In this document: piece by piece, positions 25,308-34,850 of the stretch
How the letters are laid out: each line of letters begins with the position of its first letter
Position numbering within the stretch: the stretch's first letter is position 1
Position numbers and translations under genes: made by a program
The notes under the pieces: model-generated
Seen by the model: only the letters and a program-made list of their open reading frames with translations
The model's database searches: none
What the model was told of the DNA's origin: nothing
Source of the DNA: Candidatus Omnitrophota bacterium
GTDB taxonomy: Bacteria; Omnitrophota; Gorgyraeia; Gygaellales; Profunditerraquicolaceae
Direction of reading: 5' to 3'
DNA length: 64,000 nucleotides
Assembly (NCBI GenBank): GCA_028712255.1
Contig: JAQTQJ010000005.1
Location: forward strand, 20,950-84,949

Positions 25308-25664
25308 ATGGATGAGCGTAGGATTGAGCCTAGATGGCAGATTAATCAGGAGGCAGAGTTAACCGTTGAAAACGGGGTTCGCGCTATCCCCTGTGTCGTA
25401 GAAGATATTAGCCCTACAGGTGTCTGTGTTTCTCTGAAGAGGAACTTATTCGATGATGTGTTTTTAAATTTTAAGTTAGCCCTGGCGCAAGATTTTGAGT
25501 TAGACATTGGCGCTCATGTGGCCTGGCGCGATCAGTCATATGAAAAAAATATCTACGGCCTTTCATTCAACAGGATTGACGATTCGGTAAAAAGTAGGAT
25601 AGGGGAATATGTTAAGAAAAATTTTCCTGGATTGTTAGTTAAGCAATGGTGGAAAGGCGTATAA
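25308..25664 (+). CDS. PilZ domain protein, a putative c-di-GMP receptor.
   Basis: RIEPR...DISPTG matches the RxxxR / D-x-S-x-x-G PilZ signature. Confidence 0.7.
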   Translation: MDERRIEPRWQINQEAELTVENGVRAIPCVVEDISPTGVCVSLKRNLFDDVFLNFKLALAQDFELDIGAHVAWRDQSYEKNIYGLSFNRIDDSVKSRIGEYVKKNFPGLLVKQWWKGV

Positions 25665-26369
25665 ATGAAAGAGCATAGAAAATTAGTCAGATCTCAGATA
25701 AATCAGCATGCCAAGCTTAAATTAGAGCAGGACGTAGGTTCAAAAGAATTATTATGTCAAGTTAAAGATATTAATGCCAGAGGCGCCAGGATTACTTTAA
25801 ACACAAAGTTACCGGAGGATAAATCGTTTAGGATAAGCTTGGAGCTTGATAATGCTTGTTCTATTGATACTGAGGTTTGGGTTGCTCGGAGTAAGGTTAT
25901 TAATGGTATTAATCATTATGGGCTTTTCTTTAGTAAGATAAAAGATGTTGATAAAGATAAAATTTATAAATTTATTAATAAGTATTCTTGTCGTAATTCC
26001 GAACAGAAACCATCTTTGGGAGCTATGGAATTAGAAAAGGAGGAAGGAGGTGAAGATATGAATGATCACCGGATATTCGAAAGGTTCAATAAGGAATTTT
26101 CCGCCCGATTTATCGGTTTAGATGGAAACGAAAGGCAGGCTCAGACTTTTGACGTGAGCGCAAAAGGCTTAGGGTTATCCACTACCGATGAATTGGAATC
26201 CAATGTTCCTTTGGAGATTTGGTTAGACGTTCCCAACAGTACTGAACCGTTATATACACGGGGCCAGGTCGTCTGGTCAAGGCTTTCGGGATCAGGGGTG
26301 GGGTATCACTCAGGTATTGAACTGGAAAGAGCTGATCTTATGGGTATTTCGCGCCTGTTACGTGCTTGA
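25665..26369 (+). CDS. Tandem PilZ domain protein (two PilZ modules), translationally coupled to the upstream PilZ gene.
   Basis: HRKLVR...DINARGARI and HRIFERF...DVSAKGLGL. ATG abuts the TAA of the previous gene. Confidence 0.7.
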   Translation: MKEHRKLVRSQINQHAKLKLEQDVGSKELLCQVKDINARGARITLNTKLPEDKSFRISLELDNACSIDTEVWVARSKVINGINHYGLFFSKIKDVDKDKIYKFINKYSCRNSEQKPSLGAMELEKEEGGEDMNDHRIFERFNKEFSARFIGLDGNERQAQTFDVSAKGLGLSTTDELESNVPLEIWLDVPNSTEPLYTRGQVVWSRLSGSGVGYHSGIELERADLMGISRLLRA

Positions 26370-26484
26370 TTTAGCCAATAAAAAACTTGACCTGCTGGCT
26401 AAAATATGTTAAATTTTAATATTACGTCTTTTTATAATCTATTCCTATTGGGTTAAGCCTCCACGACAAACGGAAGGAGATAAA

Positions 26485-27783
26485 ATGTTGTTTAAGAACG
26501 TATTTTTGGGTATTTTTGTATTGTTTTCAGTCTTAGGTTGTTCAGGCCAAAAAACAGATTCAAAACCTGCCATTAGTATCTGGCATTGGATGACTGACCG
26601 CGATGCGGCTTTCCAGGAATTAGCAAAAAAATATGAAACTTTAACAGGCATAAGGGTAAATTTTGAACTTTATGCTCCTTCAGATGCTTATTCGCAGAAG
26701 ATCCGTGCCGCTGCCCAAGGTATAAACCTTCCGGATGTCTTTGGTATTTTAGGAGAAAAGAGGGATTTTGCCTCTTTCATTAAAGCCGGACATATCTTAG
26801 ATCTTACTTTTTATATGGATGCAAACAATAATATTTGGAAGAATAATTTCTTTCCCAAGGCTTTGGCGGTAAATGAATTTACCGCAGGTAACAGTTACGG
26901 AATAAATCCCGGCATATACGGCGCGCCCATAGATATTATGACCATTCAGATGGTCTATAATAAAAAACTTTTTTCACAATTAGGCCTGAATCCTAATCGG
27001 CCGCCGAAGACTCTGCAAGAGTTTTTGGATATTGGCCCTAAGATTCAGGCTGCCGGAATGCAGGGGTTGGTTTCCGGATGGGGAGAGGTTTGGATGATTG
27101 ATTGTTTGGCCAATGATTTCGCCTTTAATATTATGGGTAAAGATAAGGTATTGGCTACGATAAGAGGGGAAGTTTCTTACACTGACCCGGATTGGATCAA
27201 GGTATTTTCTATTTTTAAGCAGATGCAGGGCTCAGGTGTTTTGGCTAAGGGCTTGGTGACGATGATTAATAAATCTGCTGAGCAGCTTTTTGCCAATGAA
27301 AAAGCAGTGTTTGCTTTTAACGGTTCATGGTGTGTAAACGTTTACAAAGGAATGAATCCTAGCCTTGAGTACGGAGCAATGCTTCCGCCACAGGTATCCG
27401 ATAAGTATCCGGTTTCTATATGGGGAGGAGCAGGCTCTTCTTTTATGGTAAACGCCCGTTCTAAAAACAAAGAAGAAGCAGTTAAGTTTTTAATCTGGTT
27501 GACCGATCAGGAGCAACAGGCATATTTATCTAAAGTTACCAATAATCTGCCTGCTAACAAAAATTGTTTAGCTAAGATTCCCGAGGTTTTGGCCCAGTTT
27601 GCCCGCGGCATGGATTATGCCACTCATCCGAATATCTGGGGGGTTTCAGAGTTTTCTCTTGTGATTGAAGCTTTTGATCGAGGAATCCAATCGATTATTA
27701 TCGGTGAAAAAACTCCCGAACAGGTTGCCAGCGAAGTGCAGCAGATTAAGGAAAGGGAATTAGATAAGAGGAAGGCCCGTTAG
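26485..27783 (+). CDS. ABC transporter substrate-binding lipoprotein (carbohydrate-type SBP, family 1).
   Basis: Lipobox VLGCSG after a signal peptide. SBP_bac_1-like sequence. RBS aaggagat. Confidence 0.85.
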   Translation: MLFKNVFLGIFVLFSVLGCSGQKTDSKPAISIWHWMTDRDAAFQELAKKYETLTGIRVNFELYAPSDAYSQKIRAAAQGINLPDVFGILGEKRDFASFIKAGHILDLTFYMDANNNIWKNNFFPKALAVNEFTAGNSYGINPGIYGAPIDIMTIQMVYNKKLFSQLGLNPNRPPKTLQEFLDIGPKIQAAGMQGLVSGWGEVWMIDCLANDFAFNIMGKDKVLATIRGEVSYTDPDWIKVFSIFKQMQGSGVLAKGLVTMINKSAEQLFANEKAVFAFNGSWCVNVYKGMNPSLEYGAMLPPQVSDKYPVSIWGGAGSSFMVNARSKNKEEAVKFLIWLTDQEQQAYLSKVTNNLPANKNCLAKIPEVLAQFARGMDYATHPNIWGVSEFSLVIEAFDRGIQSIIIGEKTPEQVASEVQQIKERELDKRKAR

Positions 27784-27858
27784 TCATTGCGAGGAGCGAT
27801 AGCGACGAAGCAATCTAAACCGGGATTGCTTCGGGCACTTCGTGCCCTCGCAATGACA
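27783..27858 (+). repeat. Composite palindromic element, family II copy 1. Structure: GTCATTGCGAGG...CGAAGCAATC..GATTGCTTCG..CCTCGCAATGAC.
   Basis: Nested inverted repeats. Sits between the SBP stop and the permease gene. Confidence 0.8.
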
Positions 27859-27877
27859 CATAATAACGATTAACCAG

Positions 27878-28756
27878 ATGAAAATAAAAAATACACTAGA
27901 GAATTATATTTTTATCCTGCCGGCAGTAACTATATTCGCCATATTTTATGTTATTCCCTTTATTTGGGTTTTTCAGTTGGGCCTGTTTGAGTGGGATGGT
28001 ATCTCCTTTACCAAAACATTTGTAGGTTTACAGAATTTTAAAGAGATTTTTCTGCAGGATAAGAATTGGTGGCAGTCGATATGGAATGCCGGTTACATTA
28101 CTTTGATTGCTCTTACCTTTCAAAATATCCTGGCTTTTATGCTTGCCTGGGCATGCGACCGTGAAATCAGAATGAAAAATTTCTACCGGGTGATTTTTTT
28201 TATTCCTCCGGTTCTTTCGGAAGTAGTCGTGGGTATGGCTTGGCGTTTTATCATTAACGATATTGATGGAGCAAATGTAGTTAACCGTATACTTACACAG
28301 ATGGGTTTTCCGCATCTGGTACATAATTGGCTTTCAGATCCTAACACTGCGCTTACCACTGTTGCTTTAGTCCATTGCTGGAAGGGTTTTGGCTGGGGGT
28401 TCCTTATTTTCTTGGCGGGGCTACAAACCATACCGCGTGAACTTTACGAAGCCGCACGTGTTGATGGAGCCAGCGCCTGGCAATCATTTAAAAAAGTAAC
28501 TATTCCCCTAATGATTCCGGTGATGGTATTGGTTGCAATCCTGACGGTTTTGGGTACGATGCAGGTGTTTGTATTGATTGTGAGCCTTGTCGGAGGAGAA
28601 TTTGCCGGCCATACTTCGGTGCCGGTCTTAAGGATTTTGGCTTCTATGCGCGGCTCTTCACGTTTCGGCTATGCCTGCGCCCAGGGGATTACCTTTGGCA
28701 TGGTGTTAATTATGATATCTTTTATTCAGTATCGTTTTTCCAAGAAAGGGCAATAG
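27878..28756 (+). CDS. Sugar ABC transporter permease (MalF/UgpA-like).
   Basis: EAA loop EAARVDGASAWQSFKKVTIP. Six TM segments. Confidence 0.85.
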   Translation: MKIKNTLENYIFILPAVTIFAIFYVIPFIWVFQLGLFEWDGISFTKTFVGLQNFKEIFLQDKNWWQSIWNAGYITLIALTFQNILAFMLAWACDREIRMKNFYRVIFFIPPVLSEVVVGMAWRFIINDIDGANVVNRILTQMGFPHLVHNWLSDPNTALTTVALVHCWKGFGWGFLIFLAGLQTIPRELYEAARVDGASAWQSFKKVTIPLMIPVMVLVAILTVLGTMQVFVLIVSLVGGEFAGHTSVPVLRILASMRGSSRFGYACAQGITFGMVLIMISFIQYRFSKKGQ

Positions 28757-28891
28757 TAAATACTGTGAAAATCTAAAGTTTGTCATCCTGAACGTCAGCG
28801 AAGGATCTCGTTTTAAAATTCTTCGTCGCCCTGCCGTTGGAGGGGTTCCTCAGAATGACGGGATTATTAAGAAAGGCCAGTAAGATAAAAA

Positions 28892-29740
28892 TTGAAGAAT
28901 TCATTTTATTATAAGAGTAAAAAATTTGTTGTAAATACTCTGATTCATATTCTTCTAATCAGCGTAGCGGTAACTTGTTTGTACCCGCTGCTTTGGATGA
29001 TCGTTTCTAGCCTGAAGACTCAAGATATGATTTTTAAAGATATTTCTTTGATTCCTCATCAGTTTCATTTTGAAAACTATACTCAGGCTTGGAAAGAGGG
29101 GGGCTTTGGCGGGAACTTCTTTAATAGTATTGTTTATACAGTATCAGTAGTTTTTGGAATAGTGATTATTTCTTCCATGGCTGCGTATGCTTTCAGCCGC
29201 CTGCGTTTTGTGGGAAGCAAATTTCTGTTTATTATGTTTATGGCGGCAATGATGATTCCTATACCGGGAAGTTTTGTTGCTCTCTATGTTTTATTGAACA
29301 AATTGCATCTAAGAAATACCCCCATTGGTTATATTTTATGTATGATTAATGTGGGTTTATCTACGAGTATATTTCTACTTAAAACTTTTTTTGACAAGAT
29401 GCCCAAAGAGTTAGAAGATGCCGCTCGCATCGACGGCTGCTCAAAGATTGGAATCTGGTGGCATGTGGCTTTGCCGCTAGCAAAACCGGTTTTGGCGGTA
29501 GTTATTGTGTTTAATGCTCTGGCCGTATGGAATGAATATATTTTAGCCTTGATTATTTTTGATAACCGTAAATTTATGCCTCTTCAGGTGGCCTTACAAT
29601 CTTTCCAGGGAGAGTTTGTTACCAACTATCCGCTATTAATGGCAGGCCTAACCATTACTGCCCTACCTATAATTTTGGTATACCTATTTATGCAAAAATA
29701 TATTATTAAAGGTGTTACTCAAGGGGCGGTGGTAGGATGA
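28892..29740 (+). CDS. Sugar ABC transporter permease (MalG/UgpE-like).
   Basis: EDAARIDGCSKIGIWWHVALPLAKP EAA motif. TTG start per ORF track. Confidence 0.8.
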   Translation: MKNSFYYKSKKFVVNTLIHILLISVAVTCLYPLLWMIVSSLKTQDMIFKDISLIPHQFHFENYTQAWKEGGFGGNFFNSIVYTVSVVFGIVIISSMAAYAFSRLRFVGSKFLFIMFMAAMMIPIPGSFVALYVLLNKLHLRNTPIGYILCMINVGLSTSIFLLKTFFDKMPKELEDAARIDGCSKIGIWWHVALPLAKPVLAVVIVFNALAVWNEYILALIIFDNRKFMPLQVALQSFQGEFVTNYPLLMAGLTITALPIILVYLFMQKYIIKGVTQGAVVG

Positions 29741-29764
29741 GTTGTTTAAAATTTGAATTTAATG

Positions 29765-29899
29765 TGTCATTGCGAGCCCGTTATATTAGTCATTACGAGG
29801 AGCGAAGCGACGAAGCAATCTCTAAAAATGGGATTGCTTCGGGCACTTCGTGCCCTCGCAATGACGGAGTTGGTTTTATTCGGCTCCTCGCAATGACAA
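29765..29899 (+). repeat. Family II palindromic element, copy 2. Extended or double unit with four CATTGCGAG/CTCGCAATG half-sites.
   Basis: Same core as copy 1. Overlaps the 5' end of ORF 29737 and supplies the ATG at 29893. Confidence 0.8.
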
Positions 29900-32172
29900 T
29901 AGTTGTGTTTTCAATGTGCCAATGTGTAAATGTCTGGGCGCAAGAATCAATTCCTCAGGCGGCCAAACCTTCCTCAGGCGAACTTACTACTCAGGCCTGG
30001 ATTGCGCATGGTAAAAAAGATATCGAAGCTACAAAAAAATATACTCAAACCTGTATAGATTTATATAAGGAAGAGGCAGATAAGGAGCAGGCTTCATTAA
30101 CTGCGTTGCCCAAAAATAAAAAAGAGATTGAGGCAGTGCAAGTTTTAAATGACGTAACTACCTGTTATTTTATCCAGGCAGAGAGCCTGATGCGCCAGGA
30201 AAAACTTGATGAGGCTAAGAAAATATTCAAGTTAATTATCGATAAATATTCTTACGGCCAGGGCTGGGATCCACGCGGATGGTTCTGGTCAATTAGGCTC
30301 GCTGCCGAACAAAGCATCAAAAAAATCGAAACCGGCTCTATCGAAATAGAGCAGAAAAAAAAGGTCAGCCAGCTTCCGACGAAATTGGTTTTGTTTAGTC
30401 CGGGCAAAGAAGAATTTGTCGATTATGTAAAATACGGTGAGTTTCAAAATATCGGCGAAAAAGATTATAAGTATGTTGTTACCGATCAGCAGGGCTTAAT
30501 CGATGCGGTAGGGGAAGGTGTTTATCCTAATAATAGCGCAGTCAGGAAGGATCCGATCTTTAAGCAGGTTATTAAAGATAAGCGTTTAGAAGGTGATGTT
30601 TGGGATTTTATCTATTCTCCTGATTTAGAGGCAGCATTTGTCAAATGGACGACCTCCAATGAGCCTGTGGGGGTTAGGTTATTTGGCACCGGCTTGATTT
30701 TAGAAAAAGCAGGATTAATTACTCAGGCGATCAAATGTTATTATTCGATAGTCGTGCATTTTCCTGCTAGCTATGGTTGGACTTATTGGCATACTCCTTG
30801 GTATGTTGGGCCTGCATCTTTAGCTAAAATAAATTTTCTTCTCAAACGTAATCCGCAGCTAGGTTATAAATTAGAAGGCGCCCAGATTGATATTGTTAAT
30901 GGTTTTGATAATGATATCTCCAATGATGTTGCCATAACTAATCCTGGGAAATTCGTGAAAGTTGACATGATCCAGGAGGCAGCCAAAGTAAAACCTACAG
31001 CTGAATCTGTGGGGATCAAACAGGAAGTTGGCACAGGTAAGGTGCGTTTAGTGCAATATAAAAATGATGACTGGCAGCTTTTGGTTGATGATAAGCCCTA
31101 TATTATCAAAGGAATTACTTATGCCCCTACCAAGGTTGGGCAGTCTCCGGATGACGGGACTCTCCAGAATTGGATGGAGGAAGACTTAAATAAAAACGGT
31201 AAAACCGATGGCCCTTATGATGCCTTTGTAGATAAAAATAGAAATAACAGCGATGATACTGATGAGCCAGCTGTCGGTGATTTTAAATTGATGCAGGATA
31301 TGGGGGTTAATACTATCAGGCTTTACCACCATCCTTTAAAGATTAATAAAGAGTTAATGCGCGATATGTATAATACTTATGGTATGCGCGTAATTATGGG
31401 TGATTTTTTAGGTAAATACGCCATTGGTAGCGGCGCTGCCTGGAATCCTGGAACCGACTATAATAACGAAGAACATAAAAAGAAAATGGTTGAGTCAGTT
31501 AAGGCGATGGTCAATGAATTTAAAGATGAACCCTATATTCTATTCTGGCTCTTGGGTAATGAAAATGTTTATGGTTATGCTTGTAATGCCAATGAATATC
31601 CGGAAGTTTATTTTAAATTTGCCAATGAAGTGGCTAAGATAATTAAGTCAATTGATCCGAATCATCCGGTAGCTATATGCAGTGGAGACATCCTATTTTT
31701 AGATAAATTTGGTAAGAATACCCCAGACATAGATATTTTTGGGACCAATGCTTACCGCGGGGATTATGGTTTTGGCGCTTTCTGGAGACAGGTTAAGGAG
31801 CAGTCGGGTAAACCAGCTTTTATTACGGAGTTTGGCTGTCCTGCATATGCTGAGGGAAAGAGTGTTGATGAGGCTGAGGAGTTTCAGGCGCAATACCACT
31901 TGGGTTCCTGGGAAGACATCCAGAATAATATGGCATTTGCAGGAGGGCAGGGTAATGCATTAGGTGGAGTGGTTTTTGAATGGCTGGATGAATGGTGGAA
32001 GGCGTATGAACCGGCGATTCATGATACAAAAGGTCTATGGGCTGGGCCATTTCCCGATGGATATATGCATGAAGAATGGCTGGGCGTGGCTGGCCAGGGG
32101 GATGGTTCACAGAGCCCATTTTTAAGGCAGTTGCGAAAAGTATATTATATGTATCAGAAGAAATGGAAATAA
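29893..32172 (+). CDS. Secreted clan GH-A (TIM-barrel) glycoside hydrolase. The start is reassigned to ATG 29893 because the longer ORF N-terminus runs through a palindromic repeat.
   Basis: Signal peptide MTIVVFSMCQCVNVWAQE. NTIRLY, LLGNENVY (acid/base NE) and FITEFG (nucleophile TE) motifs. FEWLDEWWK shared with the paralog at 33555. Confidence 0.7.
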   Translation: MTIVVFSMCQCVNVWAQESIPQAAKPSSGELTTQAWIAHGKKDIEATKKYTQTCIDLYKEEADKEQASLTALPKNKKEIEAVQVLNDVTTCYFIQAESLMRQEKLDEAKKIFKLIIDKYSYGQGWDPRGWFWSIRLAAEQSIKKIETGSIEIEQKKKVSQLPTKLVLFSPGKEEFVDYVKYGEFQNIGEKDYKYVVTDQQGLIDAVGEGVYPNNSAVRKDPIFKQVIKDKRLEGDVWDFIYSPDLEAAFVKWTTSNEPVGVRLFGTGLILEKAGLITQAIKCYYSIVVHFPASYGWTYWHTPWYVGPASLAKINFLLKRNPQLGYKLEGAQIDIVNGFDNDISNDVAITNPGKFVKVDMIQEAAKVKPTAESVGIKQEVGTGKVRLVQYKNDDWQLLVDDKPYIIKGITYAPTKVGQSPDDGTLQNWMEEDLNKNGKTDGPYDAFVDKNRNNSDDTDEPAVGDFKLMQDMGVNTIRLYHHPLKINKELMRDMYNTYGMRVIMGDFLGKYAIGSGAAWNPGTDYNNEEHKKKMVESVKAMVNEFKDEPYILFWLLGNENVYGYACNANEYPEVYFKFANEVAKIIKSIDPNHPVAICSGDILFLDKFGKNTPDIDIFGTNAYRGDYGFGAFWRQVKEQSGKPAFITEFGCPAYAEGKSVDEAEEFQAQYHLGSWEDIQNNMAFAGGQGNALGGVVFEWLDEWWKAYEPAIHDTKGLWAGPFPDGYMHEEWLGVAGQGDGSQSPFLRQLRKVYYMYQKKWK

Positions 32173-32188
32173 ATAATAGAAGACAAGG

Positions 32189-32263
32189 GTGTCATTGCGA
32201 GGAGCCGAAGGCGACGAAGCAATCCAAATCGAGATTGCTTCGCCCTGCGGGCTCGCAATGACG
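32189..32263 (+). repeat. Family II palindromic element, copy 3.
   Basis: gtgtcattgcgaggagccgaaggcgacgaagcaatcc...gattgcttcgccctgcgggctcgcaatgac. Confidence 0.8.
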
Positions 32264-32280
32264 AAATGATGGAGGTGGGT

Positions 32281-33432
32281 ATGAGGAAGTTGTTAGTGGT
32301 GTTATTGGCTTTATTTCTTTTAGCTCCGGTAATGGCCGCAGCTGAAGAAAAAGCCGCAATGTCCCCTAAGGAATTTGTGGTTTTCTTGGATAAGAATGGC
32401 AAGGATAATCATTATATTCCTAGCGGTTGGATGGGTGATTATGGCGATATTAAAATGAATGACCAGGCAGCGGATAATCCGCATAGCGGCACAAGCAGCA
32501 TTCAGTTTATTTATAGCGCTAAGAAATCACAGAATCAAGGTTGGGCTGGAGTTTACTGGCAGAATCCCTCGAACAATTGGGGAAATAAAAAAGGCGGTTT
32601 TGATCTAACCGGCATGACTAAACTTACTTTCTGGGCGCGCGGCGCAAAGGGAGGAGAGATAATTCAAAAGGTAATGGTCGGCGGGATCAAAGGTACATAT
32701 CCTGATACCGTGATGGTTGAGGATGGCCCTATTGAATTGACCAATGAATGGAAACAGTTTACGGTTAACTTAGTAGGCAAAGACCTTTCTTATGTTAACG
32801 GAGCTTTTGGTTGGACGACGACTGCGGATTTAAATCCGGAGGGCGCCACATTCTATATCGATGACATAAAGTTTGAGTCTGATGCAACTTTAAAACCTGA
32901 AGGTAAAAAGCAGCAGGCGATGCCATTTTATATTTATGCCGATCGATCAAGCGCAGCCAATCATTTTATTCCTAGTGGCTGGATGGGTGATTACGGCGAC
33001 ATAAAATATGATGGAGCCTCAAAAGAGGATGCGTATTTAGGGGATACTTGCGTTAAAATAATCTATAGTGGTAAGGCTACCCAAGGGGCGCGCTGGGCAG
33101 GAATTTTCTGGCAGAATCCGGCGAACAACTGGGGCAGTGTGGATGCGGGTATTGATCTTTCCAAAGCAACCAAGCTTACTTTCTGGGCGCGCGGCGCAAA
33201 AGGCGGTGAGCGCATCGAAGAGTTTAAGGTTGGCGGCATTATGGGAGAGTTTTCAGATTCAGATAGCGCAACCATCGGGCCAGTTCTCTTGAACAAAGAG
33301 TGGACTCAATACACTATTGATTTGAAAGGCAAAGATATGTCATATATTATCGGAGGTTTTGCCTGGTCAGCCAATGTGGATAATAACCCGGAAGGCGCAA
33401 CATTCTATCTGGATGAGATTAAGTTTGAATAA
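32281..33432 (+). CDS. Secreted protein made of two tandem carbohydrate-binding-module-like repeats of about 190 aa.
   Basis: Signal peptide MRKLLVVLLALFLLAPVMAAA. The block HFIPSGWMGDYGDIK...FWARGAKGGE...PEGATFY(I/L)D(D/E)IKFE occurs twice. Confidence 0.5.
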   Translation: MRKLLVVLLALFLLAPVMAAAEEKAAMSPKEFVVFLDKNGKDNHYIPSGWMGDYGDIKMNDQAADNPHSGTSSIQFIYSAKKSQNQGWAGVYWQNPSNNWGNKKGGFDLTGMTKLTFWARGAKGGEIIQKVMVGGIKGTYPDTVMVEDGPIELTNEWKQFTVNLVGKDLSYVNGAFGWTTTADLNPEGATFYIDDIKFESDATLKPEGKKQQAMPFYIYADRSSAANHFIPSGWMGDYGDIKYDGASKEDAYLGDTCVKIIYSGKATQGARWAGIFWQNPANNWGSVDAGIDLSKATKLTFWARGAKGGERIEEFKVGGIMGEFSDSDSATIGPVLLNKEWTQYTIDLKGKDMSYIIGGFAWSANVDNNPEGATFYLDEIKFE

Positions 33433-33455
33433 AATAACATTTTGAGTTTAGTTCT

Positions 33456-33535
33456 GTGTCATTGCGAAGAGCCAAGCGACGAAGCAATCTTTTATTAGAT
33501 TGCTTCGTCCGCCTTCGGCGGACTCGCAATGACAC
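33456..33535 (+). repeat. Family II palindromic element, copy 4.
   Basis: gtgtcattgcgaagagccaagcgacgaagcaatc...gattgcttcgtccgccttcggcggactcgcaatgacac. Confidence 0.8.
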
Positions 33536-33554
33536 AAGCATATTTAAAAAATCA

Positions 33555-34787
33555 GTGAAAAAATATTATTTTCTCGTCTTTGCGCTAATTTTTACGGTTA
33601 TCACCAGTATTTCCTGCGCCCCTTCTCCCAAGGTTTTTATTAAACAACTCAAAAACCAGCATTATCAACTTATCGTTAACGGTCGCCCGTATGTTGTCAA
33701 AGGGGTTTGTTATAACCCAATCCCGATAGGCCAGAATCATGAATATGATTGGTGGAGTGATCCGAATAAGCCCTGGATTGTTGACGGGAAACTTATGAAG
33801 GATATGGGGGTTAATACTATTCGTCTTTATCAAGCGCATGATAATCCTGAGGAGGTAAAACAAGTAATTCGAGACCTGTATAATTTGTATGGAATCCGTA
33901 CTCTTTTAGGTGATTGGTTGGGCTTCTGGGAGTATCCCTGCCCTTTTTATGGTGACAAAAAATTTCAGGATAAGGTAAAGGCCCAGGTATTGGAGATGGT
34001 TAATCTCTATAAAGATGAACCCGGAATTTTAGGCTGGATTTTGGGAAATGAGAATAATTATTCCTGCCTTGGACATGTAAATCCCTGGTCAAGCCCAGAG
34101 GTTGATCAAGAACCTGATCCACAGAAACAAAAATTGATGCGTGCAAAAATTTATTATTCTTTTGTAAATGATTTATCTAAGGAAATACATAAGGTTGACC
34201 TAAAGCATCCTGTAGGATTGGGTAATGGCGAATTAGTAGGTTTAGATTCTGCCAATAAATTTTGTCAGGATGTTGATTTTGTAGCCTGTATAATTTACCG
34301 TGGTAAAACCTTCGGCAACCTTTTTAATTCCCTCAAAGCAACATTTGATAAGCCGATGCTGTTAGCAGAATTTGGCGCGGATTGTTATGATGCTTATCTT
34401 AAGAAGGAAGATCAAAATATGCAGGCGTTTTTCTTGCAATCACAGTGGGAGCAGATTTACAAAAACTTAGCCAATAAAAAAGAAGGCGTAGGTAATTGTA
34501 TAGGCGGAACAATTTTTGAATGGGTGGATGAATGGTGGAAATATGCTTCTGATAATCCGCAAGGATGGAAAGTTCATAATACCGAGAGCGGTTGGTCTAA
34601 TGGAAGCTATTATTTTGATATCCGCGCACAAAATAATATGAATATGAATGAAGAATGGTTTGGTATTGTTGCATTAGGAGAGCAGTTGGAAAACGGTTTA
34701 AATAAGCGCATACCGCGTAAGGCTTATTATGTAATTAGGGAGTTTTGGAAGAATCCGGTAGTTAAAAAAACGCGTAAGAAGAAATAA
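33555..34787 (+). CDS. Clan GH-A glycoside hydrolase paralog. Start tentatively GTG 33555, because the ORF 5' part lies in a repeat element.
   Basis: NTIRLYQ, ILGNENNY, LLAEFGADCY, FEWVDEWWKY. Lipoprotein-like N-terminus ...ITSISCAP. Confidence 0.6.
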   Translation: MKKYYFLVFALIFTVITSISCAPSPKVFIKQLKNQHYQLIVNGRPYVVKGVCYNPIPIGQNHEYDWWSDPNKPWIVDGKLMKDMGVNTIRLYQAHDNPEEVKQVIRDLYNLYGIRTLLGDWLGFWEYPCPFYGDKKFQDKVKAQVLEMVNLYKDEPGILGWILGNENNYSCLGHVNPWSSPEVDQEPDPQKQKLMRAKIYYSFVNDLSKEIHKVDLKHPVGLGNGELVGLDSANKFCQDVDFVACIIYRGKTFGNLFNSLKATFDKPMLLAEFGADCYDAYLKKEDQNMQAFFLQSQWEQIYKNLANKKEGVGNCIGGTIFEWVDEWWKYASDNPQGWKVHNTESGWSNGSYYFDIRAQNNMNMNEEWFGIVALGEQLENGLNKRIPRKAYYVIREFWKNPVVKKTRKKK

Positions 34788-34791
34788 AACA

Positions 34792-34838
34792 AAGGGGACG
34801 GTTCTCTTAAAAAAGAGAACCGTCCCCTTTATTTTTAA
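34792..34838 (+). terminator. Terminator / REP-like hairpin aggggacggttctc-ttaaaaaa-gagaaccgtcccct + TTATTTTT.
   Basis: 14-bp perfect stem followed by a T-tract. Confidence 0.7.
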
Positions 34839-34850
34839 GACGGAGGCCGT

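Noticed and set aside
29737-29892. ORF-track N-terminal extensions of the two GH genes (29737-29892 and 33456-33554) and of the CBM-like gene (32266-32280).
   Set aside because: These segments lie inside the palindromic repeat elements. Signal peptides begin only after the downstream start codons.
31424-32402. Small overlapping ORFs inside and around the GH gene (31424-31642, 31699-31899, 31739-31963, 31823-32119, 32076-32261, 32154-32402). Similar ones lie within pstC (49443-49670), the porin-like gene (47772-47957) and amt (59864-60073, 60068-60562, 61906-62100, 62110-62490).
   Set aside because: They are alternate-frame or antisense to well-supported conserved genes. The antisense amt ORFs are artefacts of Ala/Gly-rich codon usage. 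No independent support.
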